Shown here piece by piece: positions 24,712 to 31,781 of a DNA stretch of 39,237 nucleotides. Each line of letters starts with the position of its first letter. The stretch's first letter is position 1. The stretch comes from Patescibacteria group bacterium (GTDB taxonomy: Bacteria; Patescibacteriota; Kazan-3B-28), in the NCBI GenBank assembly GCA_041649135.1, contig JBAZNQ010000002.1, positions 1 to 39,237 of the forward strand. Reading direction: 5' to 3'. Below the pieces are notes generated by a model that ran no database searches, was not told the DNA's origin, and saw nothing but the letters and a program-made list of their open reading frames with translations. The translations under genes and the position numbers were made by a program.

Positions 24712-26880
24712 ATGGCAAATAAAAAGAAACTAGTCCTCATCGACGGCAACGCATTGGTTCATCGTGCCTTCCACGCTTTCTCCCGAGCCAATCTCGCTTC
24801 CCCCAGTAGTCAACCCACCGGCGCTATTTATGGTTTTGCCGTGATGTTAATTAATATCTACACTCGCCTCAAGCCCGACTACATTGCTGTAGCCTTTGAT
24901 ACCGACGCCCCAACTTTCCGCCACAAAGAATATGTCGAATACAAGGCCACTCGCATCAAAGCTCCGCAAGAACTCTACGACCAAATCCCAGAAATCCAAG
25001 CCCTAGTCGAGAGCTTCAATATTCCCATTTTTCTAAAAGACGGTTTCGAAGCCGATGACATTATCGGCACTCTTGCCCGCCAAGCTCCCAGTACGCTCGA
25101 CACCTACATTTCCACCGGCGATATGGACGCTCTCCAATTAGTGAACGACCATACTTTTGTCTACGCTCCTCGCAAGGGTTTTTCCGACATTATTGTCTAC
25201 ACTCCCGAAGAAGTTTTAAAAACTAAAGGCCTCCGCCCCGACCAAATCATCGACTTCAAAGGTCTCCGTGGCGATCCTTCCGACAACATCCCCGGCGTCG
25301 CGGGTATTGGCGAAATCACCGCCCTGAAACTCCTGCAGGAGTTTGGTGACTTAGAAAACATCTACAAAAATCTGGAGCAGATTTCCGGCACCGTTGCCGA
25401 AAAGTTAAAGAAGGGTGAACAGGACGCGATCAAAAGTAAGGGGCTAGCCACCATTCACACCACTATTCCCATCAAGCTAGATTTAGACAAGGCCGAGGCT
25501 ATCGCTTTTGATAAATTCCGGGTTGCTGAATTCTTTCGCCGAATGGGCTTCCGAACTCTTTACGACAAAATCCCCGCCGGCACGCTGACGACGGGAGGGC
25601 AACCATCTTTTTTTGACAAAGCCCAGCCCAAGTTAATAAAAACTGGGGCTGGGGAAAACCAGCTCATAAAAGATCTCGACAAAAAACTCGACCCCATTCT
25701 TCGCAAGATGGAGAAGGCGGGCATTTTGTTGGATATCAAGCTGCTTAATGATTTAAATACCCAGCTCTCCACCCGCATCGAGAAGTTGAAAAAGAATATC
25801 TACAAATATTCCAAAGTTGAATTTAACATCGCCTCCCCTAGCCAACTGGGAAACTTCCTATTTAAAGAACTTAAGCTCCCAACCCTAGACATTGGCAAAA
25901 CCCAGAAAGGCTATTCCACCGCTGTGTTGGAGCTGGAAAAAATCTACCGCGAACATCCCGTCATCAAACACATTTTGGAATTCCGCCAACTCGAAAAACT
26001 CCGCAATACCTACCTCGAAACTCTGCCCAAATTAGTCGACAAGAATAATCGGGTACACACCACTTACGCGCAGGATACTTCCACCGGCAGACTTTCCTCC
26101 AAAGAACCAAACCTTCAAAACATTCCTATCCGAAGCGAAATTGGCGCCGAACTTCGTAAAGCGTTTATCGCCCCCAAAGGCTTTCGCTTAATCTCCGCCG
26201 ACTACTCCCAAATCGAGCTCCGCGTTATCGCCTCACTCGCCCACGATGTCCGCATGATTCGCACTTTTAATAAAGGCGAGGATATTCATACTGCCGTCGC
26301 TGCCGAAGTTAATGGCGTCAAATTAAAGGACGTCACCAAAGATATGCGCCGCAATGCCAAAACCATCAATTTCGGAATTATCTATGGTGTCTCCCCCTAC
26401 GGCCTCGCCGCTCGGACGAATATGACCATCCATCAAGCCACTAATTACATTCACAAATACTTCGAACTTCATCCCGAGATCAAACAATATATGGAAGATA
26501 CCGCCGCATATGCGAAGCAACACGGCTATGTCGAAACTTTGTTTGGCCGTCGTCGCTACATCCCCGAAATCCGCTCCAAGATTCCGGCGGTTCGTTCCGC
26601 CGCCTCTCGTGCCGCTATCAATATGCCAGTCCAAGGCACTGCCGCCGACTTACTTAAAGCCGCCATGATCGAGCTTGCCAAAGCCTTACCTAAAGTCAGT
26701 CCCGATTCTCGGATGCTTCTCCAAGTCCACGACGAACTGGTACTGGAAGTCCCGACTAAGGATATTAAAAAAGTCGCCACTCTCGTCCGTAACAAGATGG
26801 AAAATGTCTATCACCTCGATGTCCCCATTCACGTCGACATCGAAGCTGGTGTAAACTGGGGAGAAACTAAAAAGATATGA
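24712..26880 (+). CDS. polA: DNA polymerase I (5'-3' exonuclease plus polymerase, no proofreading domain)
   Basis: LIDGNALVHRAFHA, FEADDIIGT, GDPSDNIPGV, STGRLSSKEPNLQNIP, ADYSQIELR, AKTINFGIIYG and LQVHDEL. The ATG at 24712 is preferred as start. Confidence 0.97.
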   Translation: MANKKKLVLIDGNALVHRAFHAFSRANLASPSSQPTGAIYGFAVMLINIYTRLKPDYIAVAFDTDAPTFRHKEYVEYKATRIKAPQELYDQIPEIQALVESFNIPIFLKDGFEADDIIGTLARQAPSTLDTYISTGDMDALQLVNDHTFVYAPRKGFSDIIVYTPEEVLKTKGLRPDQIIDFKGLRGDPSDNIPGVAGIGEITALKLLQEFGDLENIYKNLEQISGTVAEKLKKGEQDAIKSKGLATIHTTIPIKLDLDKAEAIAFDKFRVAEFFRRMGFRTLYDKIPAGTLTTGGQPSFFDKAQPKLIKTGAGENQLIKDLDKKLDPILRKMEKAGILLDIKLLNDLNTQLSTRIEKLKKNIYKYSKVEFNIASPSQLGNFLFKELKLPTLDIGKTQKGYSTAVLELEKIYREHPVIKHILEFRQLEKLRNTYLETLPKLVDKNNRVHTTYAQDTSTGRLSSKEPNLQNIPIRSEIGAELRKAFIAPKGFRLISADYSQIELRVIASLAHDVRMIRTFNKGEDIHTAVAAEVNGVKLKDVTKDMRRNAKTINFGIIYGVSPYGLAARTNMTIHQATNYIHKYFELHPEIKQYMEDTAAYAKQHGYVETLFGRRRYIPEIRSKIPAVRSAASRAAINMPVQGTAADLLKAAMIELAKALPKVSPDSRMLLQVHDELVLEVPTKDIKKVATLVRNKMENVYHLDVPIHVDIEAGVNWGETKKI

Positions 26881-27557
26881 CAGTAGAACACGCCTTAGCC
26901 CGAAGACAGAGCTGGGGTCAAATGCTAGGTCGGTTAGGAGACCTACTATTCAGCAATGCCCTGACCGATTCCGTCCTCAGAGAACCATCACACAGAGCCG
27001 CACTAGACAAACTAGGACGGGTTAGAATATTAATGAAGAAAATTGGTGAAATATACCAAAAGAACCAAATCAATAATATTGACCTAAAAGTCCTAGAGAC
27101 ATACATAGATTCTCTCTTATTCCTGATAAGAAGTACCTACGATCTGAGTGCGCAGGTACTGAGGAAGAGAGTTCCTAATAGTATCACTCTGCCAGTCAGT
27201 CTCGCTAAAATTGAAAAGATGCTTCAAAGCAATACTATTAGTTTACCGCATACCCTAGACACACTAACCCCCGCCCATTCAGGATTTAAAATGATTAAAA
27301 CCTTAAGAGATGAAGCCAAGATGGGAAGGGCAATTTTATCACTCTATAAGAAACGGGAATCTATCTTTATTAAGGTTAAGACGCCACAACAAAAAGTTAT
27401 TTTACACCAAGAGCTCACCACCTTTTTAAACTGGCATCTACTCTGGCTACACCTCAGCCTCAGTTCCTTTTTTATAGATCTTTTCGGGGAAAACCTGTTC
27501 AACCAACATGTAAAGATTCCCAGAAGAGAATTTATTAAATTAGTAAAAAATGCCTGA
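26877..27557 (+). CDS. Hypothetical protein, AT-richer than its neighbours
   Basis: 226-aa ORF overlapping the polA stop (ATGA). Helical, with weak HEPN-like resemblance but no intact RxxxxH. Confidence 0.55.
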   Translation: MTVEHALARRQSWGQMLGRLGDLLFSNALTDSVLREPSHRAALDKLGRVRILMKKIGEIYQKNQINNIDLKVLETYIDSLLFLIRSTYDLSAQVLRKRVPNSITLPVSLAKIEKMLQSNTISLPHTLDTLTPAHSGFKMIKTLRDEAKMGRAILSLYKKRESIFIKVKTPQQKVILHQELTTFLNWHLLWLHLSLSSFFIDLFGENLFNQHVKIPRREFIKLVKNA

Positions 27558-27639
27558 GCTCACCCCCACCCACGACGCCACCAAACCCTCATTTTTGGTT
27601 AGATTGGTGAGATTGGGATAAATTGTTTAGATTATCTCT

Positions 27640-28170
27640 ATGTCCCGCACCATCATCGAAATCAAAGCCCGCACCAACCAGCCCGACAAGATTCGGGAGA
27701 CTTTAAAAAATCTTGGTGCCGACTTCAGAGGCATCGACCACCAAATTGATACCTACTTCAAAGTCACTTCTGGCCGCCTCAAGCTTCGTGAAGGCAACAT
27801 TGAAAATCATTTAATCTACTACCAGCGTCCCGACCAAGCTGGCCCAAAACAATCAGATGTCATCCTCCTCCCCACCGGGCCCAACTCACCCATTAAAGCC
27901 ATCCTCACCCAATCAATGGGTGTCTTGGCTGTCGTCGATAAACATCGCGAAATCTACTTCATCGACAATGTAAAATTCCACATCGACCAAGTTGTAAACC
28001 TTGGCTCATTTATGGAGATTGAAGCTATTACCAACAACGACGAGCTCACCCGCGACCAACTCCTCGCCCAATGCGAACACTACAAAAAACTCCTCGAAGT
28101 TACTGACTCCGACCTCCTCGAAAAATCCTATAGTGACATGGTTCTTTCCCAGTCCACCCCCATTGATTAG
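27640..28170 (+). CDS. CYTH domain / class IV adenylate cyclase-like protein
   Basis: EIKAR, HQIDTYF, RLKLREG, VVDKHREIY, FHIDQV..LGSFMEIEA and KSYSDM. Confidence 0.9.
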   Translation: MSRTIIEIKARTNQPDKIRETLKNLGADFRGIDHQIDTYFKVTSGRLKLREGNIENHLIYYQRPDQAGPKQSDVILLPTGPNSPIKAILTQSMGVLAVVDKHREIYFIDNVKFHIDQVVNLGSFMEIEAITNNDELTRDQLLAQCEHYKKLLEVTDSDLLEKSYSDMVLSQSTPID

Positions 28171-28178
28171 ATTGTCAT

Positions 28179-28268
28179 AGACCCTTCGTCTTGTCCACCA
28201 TAGCTCTCGACCTTCGTAGCCTTGGCGAAGTAGGTTTAGCGACGGTGGAAGCTTTAGCGAAGTAGGGG
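28179..28268. repeat. Three nested 30-bp palindromic elements
   Basis: Removing 28190-28249 restores a 30-mer identical to 31723-31752. Removing 28206-28235 restores the middle 30-mer. Confidence 0.85.
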
Positions 28269-28301
28269 TGAAGATTGGAATAAATTGGTTAGATTATCCT
28301 T

Positions 28302-29252
28302 ATGCCCGAGCTCCCCGAAGTCGAAACCGTCGTCCGCGGCCTCTCCCGACATATCGTCGGGCAAAAAATCAAAACCATCCACGTCCTCACCAAAACCAGC
28401 TTCTCTGGTCTACCAGTCCATAAGTCTATTGGTCTATTAGTCAAATCCGTTTCCCGCCGCGGCAAAGGCATTATCATCGAGCTTGCGAAGCCCGGCGTAG
28501 CTCGCAAGGGCGAAGACGGGTCGAACTCCTTATCTCTCCTCATTCATTTAAAAATGACCGGCCAGCTCATTTGGGTTCCCCCCATCCGCCGTCGCTCAAA
28601 GAGCTATGGCGGACATCAACGGCTTAACTTTGGTCATCCTACGGATGACTTCACAAATAGTATGCCGTCTCGACACACTCGGGTTTGGTTCGAATTAACC
28701 CCCAAAGGGGCCCCTTCGGGGCAAAGGCACACCAATTATTTGTACTTCAACGATATGCGCCGGTTTGGTTGGGTTAAACTCACCCCCACCGCCGAAATCT
28801 CCAAAGACAAATTCTTCTCCAAACTCGGATTAGAACCTTTCGACAAAAACTTCACCCCCGCTTTTTTATATACCGCCATTCAACATCGGCCAAAGAGCAA
28901 TATTAAAGCCATCATCCTAGACCAAACTCTAGTTACCGGCATCGGCAACATCTATTCTGATGAGGCCCTTTTTTATGCCGGCATAAAACCTACTCGACTA
29001 GGACGTTCTATTACCAAAGCCAACACCACTAAATTAGTTTCTGCCATCAAAAAGGTGCTAACAAAAGGCATCAAGTATTCTGGCACCAGCATTAATACTC
29101 ACCGCACCCCCGAAGGTTCGATGGGCCAAATGCAAAACTACCTCGCCGTTTACGACCGCAAGGGTCAACCCTGCCGCAAGTGTAAAACCCCAATCATCAA
29201 AATCCGCGTCGCTAGTCGCGGCACCCATTACTGTCCAAGTTGTCAGCTATAA
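28302..29252 (+). CDS. mutM: Formamidopyrimidine-DNA glycosylase with repeat-derived insertions
   Basis: MPELPEVET, RRGK, HLKMTGQL, NDMRRFG, LDQTLVTGIGNIYSDEALF and Zn finger CRKC...CPSCQ. Confidence 0.96.
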   Translation: MPELPEVETVVRGLSRHIVGQKIKTIHVLTKTSFSGLPVHKSIGLLVKSVSRRGKGIIIELAKPGVARKGEDGSNSLSLLIHLKMTGQLIWVPPIRRRSKSYGGHQRLNFGHPTDDFTNSMPSRHTRVWFELTPKGAPSGQRHTNYLYFNDMRRFGWVKLTPTAEISKDKFFSKLGLEPFDKNFTPAFLYTAIQHRPKSNIKAIILDQTLVTGIGNIYSDEALFYAGIKPTRLGRSITKANTTKLVSAIKKVLTKGIKYSGTSINTHRTPEGSMGQMQNYLAVYDRKGQPCRKCKTPIIKIRVASRGTHYCPSCQL

Positions 29253-29288
29253 GCTCAAGCAGCAATCGCACCTGCCACAAATAACAGC

Positions 29289-30308
29289 CTAGCGAATGGA
29301 GTTGACAATAATTTGGGCTGTCGCTTGTTGGCCAGAAGAACCGTACTCTACTTGGACTACAAAATTATGTTCATTGATTACAAAATACCGATTGATTTCG
29401 GCATCTCCGTTTCGAATGGCGACATACTTGTAATCCCTTCCTCGCGTTGTTTTCATTAGCGAGGAAATAATTGGTTCCCCCCAACTTGAGCTAAGACCAG
29501 CAATAAAGTTCGATATAGCTGAATCTATAGACGTACCTGCTTGTTTGGTCAGAGAAACACTAATAGGATAATCTCCGCTCCAAGATAGTGTGGGATTGTT
29601 GAGATTTAGTAGCACTACATAAGAACCAGTGGTAGGAAATTCCTCTGAAGCAATCTGCCAGCTGCTGGGATAATCAAATACAAAATCCGTACCCTGCGGA
29701 GAATATGTAGACAAAGACCCGCCCCCAATAATAAACCTAGTGAATATGTCAGCTGAATCAAAAGCTAATAGCTTACCATTCCAAGCGATCTGCGCAGTCC
29801 AGCTTTGATACTCGTAGACTGGACGGAAGTAGAGATCGTAAGTGCCATTGCTGGCAGAGTTTGCGATCTTTACATTCCAAGAAATAGTAAATTGGGCATT
29901 TGGAGCCACATCTAAGCCATCGTAATACGCCATCCGATTGCCATTCAGCACAAAGCTTGAAGCATCCAGCCATGGAGTTTGGGCATCGCCGCGAACACCA
30001 ATGGCATAAGAACCGACCGGGACTTGCTTGCCGGCAGGAACCGTACCCAAAGAGGTCTTATTTCTAATTGTCGTATTCGACATATTTTGTAAGGTCACTG
30101 ACATAGCGACAGTATCGCCTTGGTTAGCAGTAACGTAGTGAGCTTTGCCATCGGCTGTGATTTGAGCTGGAGTTTGACCAACCCATCTATAATGATAAGT
30201 GTCAGCCGCAGAAGCAATCTGCGTTGGAATAATCATCCAAGCAGTAATCACACCAGTCATCACCAAAGAACCGACCTGTGATAATTTTTTAAGAAGTAAG
30301 TTGCGCAT
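29289..30308 (-). CDS. Secreted protein with an Ig-like (NBR1-Ig-like) domain and a PsbP-like C-terminal domain
   Basis: Signal peptide ending ASA-AD, YRWVGQ...VTLQN...GTYDLYFRPVYE...W pattern, then YSPQGTDFVFDYPSSW. Confidence 0.65.
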   Translation of the reverse strand: MRNLLLKKLSQVGSLVMTGVITAWMIIPTQIASAADTYHYRWVGQTPAQITADGKAHYVTANQGDTVAMSVTLQNMSNTTIRNKTSLGTVPAGKQVPVGSYAIGVRGDAQTPWLDASSFVLNGNRMAYYDGLDVAPNAQFTISWNVKIANSASNGTYDLYFRPVYEYQSWTAQIAWNGKLLAFDSADIFTRFIIGGGSLSTYSPQGTDFVFDYPSSWQIASEEFPTTGSYVVLLNLNNPTLSWSGDYPISVSLTKQAGTSIDSAISNFIAGLSSSWGEPIISSLMKTTRGRDYKYVAIRNGDAEINRYFVINEHNFVVQVEYGSSGQQATAQIIVNSIR

Positions 30309-30393
30309 AATTAGTTAAGAGAGTTTTGTCCAATATAGCTACACTAATCATACACCCAACCACTCTGTCAGAAATAACGCGCATTTCCCAGCG

Positions 30394-30498
30394 CGTCATC
30401 CCCGATTTAGTCGGGGATCCAGAAAGAAAAAAGAAATATAAAGTGGAAACAAAAAATGTTTTTGTTCTTTTCTAGATTCCCACTTTCGTGGGAATGAC
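30394..30498. repeat. Convergent pair of GTCA-tagged palindromes
   Basis: CGTCATCCCC..GGGGATC (30394-30419) and GATTCCCAC..GTGGGAATGAC (30475-30498) flank an A-rich spacer. The second unit lies in the recF 3' end. Confidence 0.85.
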
Positions 30499-31587
30499 AG
30501 GGTTTATACTGCCGCCCTCAACCATATTCACCGCCGGCTGCTCGAATAGCTCGGCTATTTGCTTATCATTAGTAGTTACAAAACTTTGGACCCCCACTAA
30601 TGCCCGTGCCAACTTAGCCTGCCGCTCATCATCTAATTCTGAAAAAATGTCGTCTAGTAAGTAAACCGGAGCATCATGAAGCTTGGTTTTTAGTATCTCT
30701 CCTTCCGCCAGTTTCAATGCCATCACCGCACTCCGGAACTCCCCCCGTGAGGCCGCCGCCCGCATGTCATCACCATTCAAAATAAACAGCACATCATCCC
30801 GATGAATGCCTTTGGTGGTATTGGCCCGAACAACATCCATCGATCTCGCTCCCGCCAATCCCGCCCCATACATTTTCGGTGTCTCAAAATTTAAACTCGG
30901 CACGTAAGAAATTTTCAAAATATCTCCCGATTCCCCGAACCAGTCATGGTAATACTGGTTCGCCAATCGCCCCACTTCTTCCATTGCTTGTTTGCGCTTT
31001 TCTACAATTCGCGCCCCCAATTCACTCATCTTCTCATCCCAAACTTCCAACTCTCCCTCCCCACTCCGACCTTGTTTAATCATCAATAAAAGTTGATTGC
31101 GCTGACGCAGCACCTTCCAATAATCCACTAGGTCCTGTCCGTATTCCAAATCAAACCTAGCGATCAATAAATCCAAAAACTTCCGCCGTTTCTGTGGGCT
31201 CAACCGGATTAGATCAATATCTTCTGGTGAGAATAATACTACCGGCATTTGTCGAATTATCTCCACCCGCTGGACAACCACCCCATTTAGCTTCGTCGTC
31301 TTACGCGCGAATCCTCCTTCCATCATCCAGATCATTTCCGCCCGCTTTATTTCCCCGTCTTTTTCAAACTCAAATTCCACCCTCGCAAATTCCTGCCCAT
31401 GTTGAATGAGTGAACGCTCATTACTCACCCGAAATGACCCCCCTGCCGCCACCGCGAACATCCCCTCCAAAATGTTCGTTTTGCCCTGTGCATTCCTCCC
31501 CACCAAAATATTCGCACCTGAAACTGGAGTTAATTCAATTGGCCCCAGATTCCGAAACTGCTGGAATTTAGCTTTAATAATCTTCAT
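30472..31587 (-). CDS. recF: DNA replication and repair protein RecF
   Basis: QQFRNL, Walker A GRNAQGKTNILE, VVLFSPED, RRKFLD, GIHRDD, ASRGEFRS and YLLDDIFSELD. Confidence 0.96.
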   Translation of the reverse strand: MKIIKAKFQQFRNLGPIELTPVSGANILVGRNAQGKTNILEGMFAVAAGGSFRVSNERSLIQHGQEFARVEFEFEKDGEIKRAEMIWMMEGGFARKTTKLNGVVVQRVEIIRQMPVVLFSPEDIDLIRLSPQKRRKFLDLLIARFDLEYGQDLVDYWKVLRQRNQLLLMIKQGRSGEGELEVWDEKMSELGARIVEKRKQAMEEVGRLANQYYHDWFGESGDILKISYVPSLNFETPKMYGAGLAGARSMDVVRANTTKGIHRDDVLFILNGDDMRAAASRGEFRSAVMALKLAEGEILKTKLHDAPVYLLDDIFSELDDERQAKLARALVGVQSFVTTNDKQIAELFEQPAVNMVEGGSINPVIPTKVGI

Positions 31588-31589
31588 CT

Positions 31590-31752
31590 CGTCCTTCTGG
31601 CTCTTGACCGTCGCAGCCTCGGCGTAGTCGGTTGCCCAGAATCTTATCGCTTATCTTCTATACGATTCTGGCGTCGCTTCACTCCCCAGAATGACATTTT
31701 GCCGCTTTGGTTAGATTGTCGCAGACCCTTCGTAGCTTTAGCGAAGTAGGGG
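31590..31752. repeat. Composite repeat cluster between dnaN and recF
   Basis: CGTCCTTCTGG..CCAGAATC (31590-31643) containing the 30-mer 31603-31632, an inverted GATTCTGG..CCAGAATGAC (31664-31695), and the 30-mer at 31723-31752. Confidence 0.85.
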
Positions 31753-31781
31753 CGAAGGTTGGTTAAATTGGTTAGATTTAA

